Of a stretch of 64,000 nt of DNA, positions 40,417-55,070 are shown piece by piece (within the stretch, counting starts at the first letter, position 1; each line of letters begins with the position of its first letter). The translations under genes and the position numbers were made by a program. The notes under the pieces are model-generated. The model did no database searches. It was not told the origin of the DNA and was given only the letters and a program-made list of their open reading frames with translations. The DNA comes from Octopus vulgaris (lineage: Eukaryota), in contig OX597839.1 of assembly GCA_951406725.2 (NCBI GenBank), positions 8,494,001-8,558,000 on the forward strand, read 5' to 3'.

Positions 40417-40953
40417 TATTGAAATAAATACGTTCTCTAGTACTAAGTACGAACCGCAGTGAATTATTTACTGCAGCCCTTCGCCTCAGAAACTTATTAG
40501 CGCGCCAGAATCAAGACATTTGAAGTTTTATCACTAGTGTAATCGGTAAAGCTACACACGTGTCTGTACTGGTACGAAAGCTGGGGTTAGCTTTTCCGCT
40601 TACATTACTATGAACGGATGCACTGAAGAAGCACGGACATTTGGATTGCATTAGTAATTCTCTTGTTAAGGCTGAAACCGAGGTATGCATTTAATTCTGT
40701 TTTTTATATAAATTTTCATCTGTCATGCCCGCCAAAGTTGGTTCTGGTGTTCGCTGTATTTTTCCCTCTAGAGAATTTCCTTGTAGTTTGACCGTTGATG
40801 GTCTATTTCTAGCATACGGCCGACTCCCTAGCAGTAAGCCCTGCCAATATACACATATATTAGAATTTTCTCTGACTCCTCAGATTTTTGTATGCTGGAC
40901 TACTGGTTTTAAATTGATATTAAAATTAATATTAATTTATCTCCCTCATTATT

Positions 40954-40958
<5 letters not shown>
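40417..40958 (+). mobile_element. Family P3 element (Penelope-like terminal repeat) in (TA)n
   Basis: The 3' part (40705-40958) recurs at 58139-58392, again between (TA)n tracts; carries a canonical HHR core. Confidence 0.6.
40617..40691 (+). ncRNA. Type I hammerhead ribozyme candidate with canonical core
   Basis: GATGCA-CTGAAGA-AGC-(38 nt)-GCT-GAAA-CCGAGG-TA-TGCATT. Stem I is 6 bp, stem II 3 bp, stem III short, cleavage triplet GUA. Confidence 0.7.
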
Positions 40959-41021
<63 letters not shown>

Positions 41022-41035
41022 TGTATGTATGTATG

Positions 41036-41068
<33 letters not shown>

Positions 41069-41699
41069 ATACGACGCGCTTCTTTCAGTTTCTGTCTTTC
41101 AGTTTCCGTCTGTGTCAGTGTCTGCCCCACACACCATCCCTTGACAACCTATGTTGGTGTGCTTACGTCCCCGTAACTTAGCGGTTCAGCAAAAGTATCG
41201 ATAGAATAAGTACTGAGCTTACAAAAGAATAAGTCCTTTGGACAGCCTGAGGCTAAAATTAGAAGACACTTGCCCAGGTACCACGTAGTGGGACTGAACA
41301 CGGAACCATGTGGTTGAAAAGCAAGCTTCTTACCACACAGCCACGCCTTCGCCTATACACACACACACACACACAGTGTGTGTGTGTGAGATATATAGAG
41401 AGGAGTGAGACGTACATCAAAGACGATAAATCCAACAAAAGGAGAAAATTTATTCTCTGCTCTTGTAATTTCCTGTCGAAGGAGATGTTTGTGTTATTAA
41501 GTAGAAATAGAGAAGCAAATTATGTGTGTATGAGTACATTTGTGTGATACTGTGCATGAGGTGTGAGCATATGTTGTCTGTATATGTATCTGTGTGTGTG
41601 TGTTTGCGTGTGTATGCGAGAGAGAGAGAGAGAAAGAAAGGAATTGTTATATATGGATATGAGAGAGAAAAGGCATATATATATATGTGTGTGTATATA

Positions 41700-41811
<112 letters not shown>

Positions 41812-41839
41812 TAGATATAGACAGACAGACTGACTGACT

Positions 41840-41905
<66 letters not shown>

Positions 41906-41921
41906 GACAGATAGATAGATG

Positions 41922-42033
<112 letters not shown>

Positions 42034-42729
42034 CAAGCGTGTGCTTGTGTCTATGCGTTTGTAGTCCTGTGTACGTTGCGATGCCATGTTGTACTGATAT
42101 ACATAATGTGAGTTGCAAAAAAGGAAAATACCTGACAGAGAACAAGAGAGAACGTGAGAAATATAGAGTGTGCTGCTCTAAGAGTGTATGCGAATGTGTA
42201 TGGAAAAAGAGTTAGTGTGTGTGCTCTATAGACATGATTACATAGATGCTTGTATATGTATGTGCATGTGAGTGAGTGTGTGTAGCTGTGTGTGTGTGTT
42301 TGTGTGTGATTTTGTGACTGGGCATTCTATATTGAGTTATATATATTTGTATATTTGTATATTTGCATATATTCGTATATATATATATATATATATGCAT
42401 GTATATTCATATACATGTATACCTTCATATACGTAAGTATAAGTATTATACAAGATATCAGTATATACATACGTGTGTGTGTGAGTGTGTGTGTGTGTGC
42501 AATTGCACAACAAATGAGAGGTAGTGAGAATGGATACATATGTATACATCTGTGTACATATATGTGCGTGTATGTATGTGTGTATATATGCATGTATTCA
42601 CACGTATAGAGCTATATATATGTATGTATATACATGTATATAAATATATATGTGTATATATATACATATATACATGTATATATATATATAAACATACACA
42701 CACACACATATATATACATATATATATAC

Positions 42730-42768
<39 letters not shown>

Positions 42769-42814
42769 CAGACACACAACACAATATACTAACGATAGAT
42801 GGATGGATGGATAG

Positions 42815-42871
<57 letters not shown>

Positions 42872-42949
42872 TAGCCACAATATGTCTCAGGTTCACATAT
42901 AATTACATACAGGCATATATGAGCGTGTATATGTCGGTACACACATACT

Positions 42950-43072
<123 letters not shown>

Positions 43073-43244
43073 CACACCCACACGTGTTTGTAAATATGGA
43101 TATGGAAATACATAAACAAATACCACAAAATATGTATTTGTGCGTCTATGCATGGTATGTATGCACACATATATGTATGAGGTTTTACGTATATACATGT
43201 GTGTGTGTCTATACCTCATGTAGTTATATATGTGCGCACTTCAC

Positions 43245-43340
<96 letters not shown>

Positions 43341-44087
43341 GCGTATTTGCGTAATGATTCTACTGATGAGCAAAAATGGTGGTGCGGCGTGTTTGAGGCG
43401 GCGGAGGAGCATCGCTTTGCTATTGCAGATGCGGCACTGAATATGCCGTTGTATTTTGAACTGTTATTGTTGCAACATTACCGCTGCCATTTGTGTTGAT
43501 GGTGTTTGTGGTACGATGGTGGTGTTCCTCTTTGTGGTTGTGGTGGCGGCGGTGACAGTGTTGTTGCTGGTGCTACTACTACTACTGCTGCTGCTGCTCT
43601 TAGTAGTGCTTTGTGGCGGTGGTAGTGGTTACCTGATTTTTTGGTAGCGGTAAAACTGCAAATTGGGTGTGTGATCACAACTTTACAAATATGTAAGCCG
43701 TGCCGAAAAAGAAACACTCTTGTTTAGTATATATTATTTTTATTTTGCTCGTTGTAATCAGGGAAAAATGCATGCTGCTGCCTCCAAAATTACAGGAGAC
43801 TGCATGTGAATGCAACGAAATACATAAATACGTTAAGTTTGATATATACAGAGAAATAGAGGGAGCGAAAAAGAGAGAGAAGTGAGGCTTCATATATATA
43901 CATATATATATAAAGGAAGTAACCAAAAATAAAGCTAAACATTCACATTCGCCGAAAAACCAACAACTATAGTTAGATGAGCAATAATAGTAACAGCGAT
44001 GATGTTAACGATAATAATATTAACAATAACAACGATAAAAAGGTGGGGAAAATAATAAAGAAGGGTATGAAGAAAGATGTAGGCGGT

Positions 44088-44143
<56 letters not shown>

Positions 44144-44287
44144 TACTGAAGCTAAAACAACTTGGAAACGCAAAGCAAAATATAAAATAATTTTATAGAC
44201 ACATAGGTTGTGCAGATAATACACACGTAGAAATACATCAACACAAACACAAATACACTAAGATTATATATACATATATATATATAC

Positions 44288-44336
<49 letters not shown>

Positions 44337-44648
44337 TTTATATAAATATACATAGATACACAGACATATATATATATATATGTGTATATATATATGTATA
44401 TAAATATGTATATATATATATATGTGTGTATATATATATGTATATATATGTATATATATATGTATAGATATATATATGTATGTATATATATATATACACA
44501 CACACATACAAAGAGAGAGGGGGAGATGGGATGAGAGCGCTAGAATGACAAATATATGATTAGGTGTGTTTAGTGTGTGTGTTAGTGCACGTATGTAGTA
44601 CACTTCTGTAATTGTACATATGTGTATGTATGTGTACATGAGTGCTCG

Positions 44649-44696
<48 letters not shown>

Positions 44697-45146
44697 CGTG
44701 TGCGTGTTTGCGTGCGGCTTTCGCGGGGCGGATGCGCAACAAAGAAGGTAACGCCGCTAAATAGGCTGAAGCCTTTTTTCGGATAACTACAAATTATCAT
44801 TAAGGCAAATCCTGGAACGTTGGAAACAGGATCTTACGTAATCAGCATAAATAAATGAGGTAATACACACCAATGTGTATTCACGCACACTGAGATCAGC
44901 CATGATATAAACACGTACACACACACACACACACATAAACAGACCAAGGAAGACATCAACATATAGACATATATATGTTTGCCATGTACACATTCGCACA
45001 CTCTTAGGCAGGTTCGGTTTAACCTATATTGTGGTTTATTTTCTCCTTCTTCCTGTCTATCTGCACCTTTCAATCATCCACCGACTGTTTCATCCGTATC
45101 ATGTATCTTATGAATGTTTATAATATACACACCTAAACGCACACAC

Positions 45147-45195
<49 letters not shown>

Positions 45196-45238
45196 AACAT
45201 AAATGAACACACACACATAGATACCCAAACACACACAC

Positions 45239-45306
<68 letters not shown>

Positions 45307-45492
45307 TGTATATATATGTATATATATATAATCACCTGTGTGATTTCTCCTTCGCGTAATAACTTGTGTATATTTGTGAATATACATATGTATCTACATA
45401 TATGTATAAGATTATATGGACGATTATCAAAACACATCATGGGTCAGGTAAGGTATTAGTGTGTATGTGTGTGTGTGTGTACTTCTTTATAT

Positions 45493-45544
<52 letters not shown>

Positions 45545-45780
45545 ATGTGTGTGTGTGTCTGTACTTATTTATATAGGTATATATATATATGTGTGTGTGT
45601 GTGTGTAAATATACATTGGTTTTATACAGTAATACATACATATACTTACATACATACATACATATATATATACATACATATACATGCATATATATACATA
45701 CATATACACGCACATGTGCATATGTACGTATATATATGAATATAAATACGTATATACATATCTATACACATACATACATA

Positions 45781-45833
<53 letters not shown>

Positions 45834-45973
45834 ATATACTTATATATGTATACATATGTATGTATGCATGTATGTACACACGTGTACGCCTATATGTATG
45901 TATATGCATGTATATGTGTGTTTGTATTACTGTATATAACGAATGCATATTTACATAAATATACTTATATACA

Positions 45974-46032
<59 letters not shown>

Positions 46033-46742
46033 TTCGTATATATAATTATACCTACGGTCAACTTATGTATTATGAGCGAATATACATCTACTTATCTCTA
46101 TATCCCCATATATTTTCAACATCACACACAATCGAAACTGCATCCACGTCTTCCTACAAACACCAGTACACACACACACACACACACACCCAAGAGCCAA
46201 TCATATAAGCATATAAAATTATATGCTTACGGCAATCTTTCTGACTAACTTATTTTAGATAAAGAAAATCTGCGTAACCATACATACAGGTACAGGAATA
46301 ACAGTTGTGGCGTAAAGAATTTTATTTGCATCGCAGGGGTTCCTCGGTTCGATTTCAATCACAGTATTCACAACTACAGCTGCCAACACTCACACAACTG
46401 TTTGTTAGCCCTTAAGAATTGAAACCGGCCTTTTAATGCCCAAATATCCCTCCTGTTTTAAGTTCAAATCGGCCCGATCTGAACTCTTGTACCCCAAAAT
46501 GTCATTTTAAAAATAAGACAAATCATATCATTGAAATCTCAATATCGCTTGACAACCGATCTTGGTGTGTTTCCGTCCCCGTTACTTAGCGGTTCGGCAA
46601 AAGAGACCGATAGAATAAGTACTAGGCTTACAAAGAATAAGTCCTGGAGTCGATGTGCTCGACTAACGGCGGTGCTCCAGCATGGTCACAGTAAAATTAC
46701 TGAAACAAGCAAAAGAGTATATATATACACATATATATATAT

Positions 46743-47050
46743 ATCACCGTGATCACCTTGACCGACCAGGCTATCAGACGTTGCTACACATCGCTGGTCA
46801 CAATGCGTTTCGCATTGTTTTAGCCTTCAAATGACGCCATCCCGTGGCTAAGCGAGCAGGCCAACAGAAGAAAGAGTGAGAGAAAGTTGCGGCGAAAGAG
46901 TACAGCAAGGATTGCCACCACCCCCTGCCGGAGCCTCGTGGATCTTTAGGTGTTTTTGCTCAATAAACACTCACAATGCCTAGTCTAGGAATCGAAACCG
47001 TGATCCTATGACCGCGAGTCCACTGCCCTAACCACTGGGCCATTGCGCCC
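46743..47050 (-). mobile_element. SINE family C with tail type i
   Basis: Full head plus tail i, ending in (TA)n. Confidence 0.9.
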
Positions 47051-47054
47051 CTAC

Positions 47055-47115
<61 letters not shown>

Positions 47116-47705
47116 TTTACACACAAATATGTTTATATATGTATATTATATATATATACACATATATGTGTGTGTATTATCGCATGTCTATACGTATGTA
47201 TAAACGTTTATACATCCACAAATTTAATTACATGCAGCAATTTAATTAACCCGATGCAACGTTGTTTAACACTGGTTCATCATCAACACCCGCAGCGCCA
47301 TCTACTACAATCACCACTACCACATCCAGCAACACTAACACCACCCTTACCCCAACAACAACAATTCCATCAAGCAACAACACTTTTGCACGGACCGCAG
47401 TATCGAAACACTTCCGCCCACCACCATCAACACAGATAAATATCATCCTCCTCCTCATCATCATCACCACCACCACCACCATCAACATCCCAATCGACAA
47501 ACTCCACAAACAACAACCGCAACAACAAACTATGGTAATTGAAATGCTATGTGTTAGTGGGTTGCTTCCAAACCACATGGTTCCGTGTTCGGCCCCATTA
47601 TGTGACACCTTGGATAAGTGTCTTCTACTATAGCCTCAAGCCCACCAAGGACTTGTGAGTAGATTTGGCCAATGGAAACCCGTCGTATATGTATGTATAT
47701 ATATA

Positions 47706-47974
47706 GGGAGAGTTTACGAAAAAAGCAAAAGACGAAGACAGGTGGTGTACAAAACAAACAGATGTATTAGTATAACGCTCAGGAATAGAAAAAGTGTTTT
47801 ACGTTTCGAGCCTACGCTCTTCTACAGAAAGGGACACAGAAAAAAACAAGGAGAGAAACAAGGAGAAAAAAATATGTGTGTAGTGGCTAACGATCTATCA
47901 CGGCGATATATATATATATAGGGAGAGTTTACGAAGAAAACAAAAGACGAAGACATGTAGTGTACAAAACAAAC
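47706..47974 (-). mobile_element. Family P2 element plus partial direct repeat
   Basis: 47706-47905 matches 15046-15242, and 47921-47974 repeats its first 54 bp after a short (TA)n; HHR-like motif at 47796-47836. Confidence 0.65.
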
Positions 47975-48210
47975 GAGTGTTGGTGTGTTTATATCCCCGT
48001 AACTAAATACCAGGCTTAAAAAATAAGTGCTGGACTCAGATCATTCGGCTAAAAATCCCTTTGTCTTGTCAATGATGGACGCTCGATCGCTAGACAAATT
48101 TCCCTCAATCTAAGTCAACTGTAATATTTATTTAAATGTTAACAGTTAACCAAATTATTAATTTTCTAATTTACACTATAACATAGTTTGTCTTGTTTGA
48201 AAGTCTCTAC

Positions 48211-48278
<68 letters not shown>

Positions 48279-48326
48279 GGGGAGGGAGGGAGACAGACAG
48301 ACAGATACACAGACAGACAGACAGAC

Positions 48327-48402
<76 letters not shown>

Positions 48403-48812
48403 TGTCTTGCTTGAAAGTGGCAGAGACAATAACGACATAGAGATCCTGAGTTACAGTAAAACTGTAGAAGCTCAACTCCACATAAAAGAAGTGAACCTTT
48501 TTCAAAACGTATTATCTGAAGTAAAAGGCGCTGGTCTCACGATTAGCCAGTGAGCTTGTTTTTAAAAAAGTTACATTGCCTTGTCTTGCTATGGGCACCG
48601 AACACTTTGGGGTAGTCGTAGGGACGCCATCCCCCACATACAGGCTGTTTTAGCCGATCGTTGTCAGACTTGGAGGAACACAACACTCGTCATGTCTGAC
48701 AACAATTGGTTCCTTCCAGAAGACAAAATGTCAGACACACAGAAAGATACAGTGAGAGAGAGAGAGAGAGAGAGGAGAGAGAATGGGGCCCAACACGGTA
48801 TTGGACTTTACA

Positions 48813-49045
48813 AGGTGGCGATTTGGCAGAAACATTAGCACGCCGGGCGAAATGCTTAGCGGTATTTCGTCTGCCGTTACGTTCTGAGTTCAAATTCCGC
48901 CGAGGTCGACTTTGCCTTTCATCCTTTCGGGGTCGATAAATTAAGTACCAGTTACGCACTGTAGTCGATGCAATCGACTTAATCAGTGTGTCTGTCCTTG
49001 TTTGTCCCCTCTGTGTTTAGCCCCTTGTGGGTAATAAAGAAATAA
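48813..49045 (+). mobile_element. Full-length SINE family A
   Basis: Complete head, body and tail. Further copies lie at 51350-51545 (+), 54250-54470 (-) and 54790-54955 (-). Confidence 0.92.
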
Positions 49046-49068
49046 GTAATACTACTAAATGATACAAC

Positions 49069-49107
<39 letters not shown>

Positions 49108-49108
49108 A

Positions 49109-49241
<133 letters not shown>

Positions 49242-49432
49242 TACAACAGTTTACCGAAACAAGTAAAGAAATAGGTATTGGACTTTATTTGTCGACCCTA
49301 CAAGGATTAAAATGAAGTTGGTCTCGGTGAGATTTGATCTCTGTGAGTAAATGAGAGAGTAAGTGAGTTGTTGTGTGAGTGCATGAAGAAATAATTGAAT
49401 GATGAGTCAGTGAGTGAGACTGTATCTATCTA

Positions 49433-49488
<56 letters not shown>

Positions 49489-50557
49489 GTGTGCGTGTGT
49501 TAGTATACTTGAGTGAGTGTGAGAGTGTGTATCAGTATGTGAGAGTGAGTGTTTATGAGATTTCGAAGTAGGGGAGAGGATTGAGCGAATGTGTGACTAA
49601 TAGCGAGGTTGAGTAGAGAGTGAGAGAGAGCGCGTGAGTAGAGAGGATGTGAGAAGTGGGGGTGCAGGTTCGATTCTGATGACCTCACATCTCACTAAAT
49701 TAATACCCTTTATCGTTGCAGCACACAGTCTAACTTCTAGGTAGGTTCACGTGCCTGCAAGTGTGTCCGCGCGCATGCACGTGATTGTGTGTAAATGTAT
49801 TTATACAAGCCTGTGTATGTATATAAATGTATTTATGCAAGCATGTATATACATATATATGTTTACATATATATGTAAATATATATATGCAAACGTATAT
49901 ATACGTATGTGTATGTGTATAAATATATTTATGCAAGCATGTATATACGTATATATAAATATATGTATATATATATTTATATATATGTGTGTGTGTGTGT
50001 GTGTGTTTACATATATATGAAAATATATTTATGCAAACGTATATATACGTGTGTGTGTGTGTGTGTTTGTTGCGAGTGGGCGAGTGTGTATGTTTGTATG
50101 TGTGTGTATTTGTGTGTACGCTCGTGTATATGTATGTCTGGGTGGTTGTGTATGCATCTGTGCATAAGTATTTCTTCTGTGTGTTGGTGTGTGCGTGCGT
50201 ATGTGCGTGAGTGCGTGTCGAGATTGCGCTCTGTTACTAATGTTAGCACTTACAGGCTTCGTCCCCCACCCACCCCGCCGCCTCCTCGCCTTTTCTCAAC
50301 CCACCCCACCCTTGTGAACCACGCCCCTTTCCCGTACCATCTTCTCCTCGATCATCTTCAATCAACACCAAGATCATCCTTCACCTCGTCATCCTCATCA
50401 TCATCACCTGCATCTATTCTCTACCCCCACCCGACCGCCATACAACTATCCACCAAAGCAACCACAAGAAATATTTACTTCGAACACAACTGAAATACCG
50501 AAACGCTGAACGGGAATAGCAACAAAATAAAACGAGAATATATATATATATATATAT

Positions 50558-50962
50558 AGTGGCTGTGTGGTAAGTAGCTTGCTTACCAACCACATGGTTT
50601 TGGGTTCAATCACCCTGCGTGGCATCTTGGGCAAGTGTCTTCTGCTATAGCCCCGGGCCGACCAAAGCCTTGTGAGTGGATTTGGTAGACGGAAACTGAA
50701 AGAATCCCGTCGTATATATGTGTACATATATGTGTGTGTGTGTATGTTTGTGTGTGTGTGTTTGTATGTCTGTGTTTGTCCTCCCAACATCGCTTGACAA
50801 CCGATGCTGGTGTGTTTACGTCCCCGTAATCTAGCGGTTCGGCATAAGAGAGCGATAGAATAAGTACTAGGCTTACAAAGAATAAGTCCTGGGGTCGATT
50901 TGCTCGACTAAAAGCGGTGCTCCAGCATGGTCACAGTCAAATGACTGAAACAAGTAAAAGAG
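50558..50962 (+). mobile_element. Full-length SINE family B
   Basis: Collinear with 35448-35868. Confidence 0.92.
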
Positions 50963-51266
50963 TATATATAGATATATACACACCAGAGTAAGCATAAATA
51001 CGAAAAAAGGTGGGAGAAAAAGTACTCGAAGACCAGAGGTAGAGTAATATGCTTTATTAAAAAGCATTTCTTCATAAGCTATTTTTGATTTAAGTTTTTC
51101 TTCGATTTCATAAGATGATTTCATACAGAATTTTGTTCATTCCATGCAACCGGTCATTGTAAAGACCGTTAGTTGAAGAGATCAATGAAACAAAACCATT
51201 CTCAAATGTGTATCCATTAAACTAATTGTATATGTTTGCTTATAACCTTATTTAATAAAGTGTACA

Positions 51267-51341
<75 letters not shown>

Positions 51342-51600
51342 TGTGGTAAGGCGGCGAGCTGGTAGAAACGTGAGCACGCCAGGCGAAATGCTTAGCAGTA
51401 TCTCGTCAGCCGCTGCGTTCTGAGTTCAAATTCCGCCGAGGTCGACTATGCCTTTCATCCTTTCGGGGTTGATTAATTATGTACCATTGACGCACTGGGG
51501 TCGATATAATCGACTTAATCCGTTTGTCTGTCCTTGTTTGTCCTCTAGATAGATAGGTAGATAGATGAATAGATAGATAGGTAGATAGATAGATAGAAAG

Positions 51601-51661
<61 letters not shown>

Positions 51662-51893
51662 TCATAGGAACTAAGTAACATTCCTTTCCAGTCAGGACAC
51701 CAACTTGATCACTGATGATTGCCTTCACAACGTTTCCCTCTCACTCCCTCTTTATCTCTATTTTCCCCAACACACTATCCACCACCCAACCCTCTCCATC
51801 CTCCAGCCTACTTAGCACTATAACCAGACTCAATACAACTTATTAGTAAATATAGGGGACCTACTCACTACCACCACTACCACCACCACCATT

Positions 51894-51941
<48 letters not shown>

Positions 51942-52323
51942 AGAATGCTAAAGAGAGCGCTTTGTGAACCGTTATAACGTTGTGATGTATTGTAGAGTGG
52001 TCGTCTGAGAGGCGATCGTGAAGGCCAGCGATAGCCAGCGGCGACTTTGGTCGAGTTGCATTCAGGTCAATTGACTTGACATTGTAGTGTTGTAATAATT
52101 GCCCCACGATCAATCAAGCGGTTAAAAGAATTTCCTGCCTCTACAAACGGACACACACACACACACACAGACACACACACACACACACACACACAGACAC
52201 ACACACACACACATGCATGAACGCAGATATCCATTCCAACATAAATATACAGTTCATTAAACCATCTTACACATACACATAAGATAGTCTTACAGACATA
52301 TATATATATATGTATATATATAC

Positions 52324-52389
<66 letters not shown>

Positions 52390-52786
52390 GCACACGATTA
52401 TACAGGTATGCAGATACACACACACACAAATAACATTTAAGATGCATGAAAGATTTTTTTATGTTTTTGGGAAAGTCTGTTCAACGATGACCACTACATA
52501 TTTCCTGTTTGTTGTTGTTGGTGGTATGGTGGTGGTGGTTGTGGTGGTTGTGAATATAGATGGGGTGAGGGGTAACAATGGTATTTATCGCTAATAGTTT
52601 TGAAATAGTCCTTACCATGGTGATGGTAGAAGAGGTGCTGGTATTAAGAGATAATTTTTTTCTAGTAAAGGCACAAGGCCTGAATTTTGGCGGGAAAGAG
52701 ATTAGTCGGTTGCATCGACCCCAGTATTTCACTGGTATTTAATTTATCTACTCCGAAAAGATGAAAGGCAAAGTCGACCTCGACGA

Positions 52787-53123
52787 CTCAAAAGGTCCCT
52801 GAATAAAGGTTGTTTAAGGATATTGAATGAAACACCCATGTTTCCAGTGGTGAATTATCAAAACCCCAAAGAATCCCTCTCAACACATGGCTATGATGCT
52901 CCCCCACTACTTCTGCTCGTGATCAGAGATGCACATATCGTCAGCCACTAAGGGATATGCTCAACTGGTTACAGTCAAACAACTGACAAGCAAATCTGTG
53001 GTATTGAGCAGAATATTTGCTATAGCCCATCTTTTATACCAAGACAAAACAATGTACATGATAACACTTCCAATCAGTTAAGATCAGAAGCCACGAGAGC
53101 CACTGCCTGGTACTACATCAGGG

Positions 53124-53127
<4 letters not shown>
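52787..53127. mobile_element. Family D partial copy ending at (ATT)n
   Basis: Matches 28439-28781. Confidence 0.88.
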
Positions 53128-53174
<47 letters not shown>

Positions 53175-53813
53175 GGTACAATTAAGAAATACAACTTCAT
53201 CGAGTTGTGTGTACACAAATTATTTGTTGATCTCGAGTCCATTGTGTAGATAATATATTCATCTGTGTGATTACTACTAAAGAGAGACAAAATAAAATGA
53301 ATTGTCGAAATGGTGATAAATCTACACTCGCGTGTTAATAGCATGCGGAAACAGTTCCTCTTTGACCAGAGATCTGTCATCCCAAAGAAAAAGAAAGCCA
53401 CTTGGCTTCACCTATTCATGGTTTTCGTGACTAAATTATGTCAAGTGAAAACAAAGGATTTCTCCTCTCTAATCAGCTTTGACTGATGAATGCCTTAAGA
53501 AAGATCAAGCCAGATTACTCTCATAAATTTCTTAGTCCAAAAAGTGAGAACAATTGGGCGAGGACTAGTTTCGAACTGTGTATTCGATTTCGAATCCTAG
53601 CTTAAGTATTTTGTTGCTGTTCACTACAACACTTTCCATCTCGATAATTTGTTGAAGTACAGTAATTTTTTTATTATTTTTATAATTTGTATATATTTAT
53701 TTTATTATAAAAGCAAAACAACACCACGGAGTAATCGATGTAAGCTTAAGTAATAAACCGCCATAGGTGAACCGCGATGTGGCGAGGGATTTCTGTACAT
53801 TTGTATGTGTGTG

Positions 53814-53867
<54 letters not shown>

Positions 53868-55070
53868 CGTATATATATACACAGACACACAACGGGTTCC
53901 TTTCAGTTTCCGTCTACCAAATCCTCTCACAAGGCTTTGGTCAACCCGAGGCTATAGTAGAATACACTTGCCCAAGGTGCTACGCAGTGGGGCTGAACCC
54001 GAAACCATGTGGCTGGGAAGCAAGCTTCTTACCGCACTGCTATGCCTGGGCCTATATATATAAATAGATAAAAGGGAAAATTGCAGGAATGTGCACTATA
54101 CGAAAATTGAAGAACGTTCAAAATTGTGAAAAACCTCTGGCAGAAGTGTACATGTTGTGTAAAGTGCCTGTAAAGAAGTGCAGCGGCCTAGCGTGTCTGG
54201 CATTATGGTTGTGTACATTTGCTATGGGTAAGCAAGACGATATCTGTTTGTTTATTGCCCACAAGGGACTAAACACAGACGGGACAAACACGGACAGACA
54301 AAGGGATTAAGTCGATTGCATCGACCCCAGTGCGCAACTGGTACTTATTTAATCGACCCCGAAAGGATGAAAGGCAAAGTCGGTGGAATTTGAACTCAGA
54401 ACGTAGCGGCAGACGAAATACCGCCAAGCATTTTGCCCGGCGTGCTAACGATTCTGCCAGCTCACCGCCTTAAGGAAGACGATATCGTGTGAGTGATATG
54501 CGCTAGCACATTAAGGGTTCGAATTTCATTTAGTTGAGTAAATTAAAATAATCATGTTCTGAAGGGCGTGTGGAAAATTTCTCAGTCTTATTTCACTTGC
54601 TGTCTACTAAGTCGTAAATCTTTGGTCTAAAGTAGAAGACACTTGCTCAATGGCACTGAACCCAAAACCAGATGTTTGCAAAGCAAATTTCTTAACCTAA
54701 GTCATGATATAAACAAACCAACGCCGGTTGTCAAACGACGAGGCCAAGTATTAAACAACGTATTTATTGGAAGCAGTTTTGCATAAGCCGGCAATTTCGG
54801 GAGAGGGGGTAAGTCAATTACAACGATCGCAGTACTCAGCTGGTACTTACTTTATCGACCCCGAAACGATGAAAGGAAAAGTAGACATCTGCGGAATTTG
54901 AACTCAGAACGTGAAGACGGATGAAATGCCACTAAGCATCTTGTCCGGCGTGCTAATTAAACACATATATACGACGAGCTCCCACATAGTTTTTGCCTAC
55001 CAAAATTTAGTCACTAAGCATTGGTTTGTCTGAGGCGATAGTAGAAAACACTCGACCAAAGTGGCGCGCA

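Noticed and set aside
52063-52076. Nuclear-receptor-like inverted half-sites AGGTCAATTGACT
   Set aside because: A single imperfect short motif, expected by chance in 64 kb.
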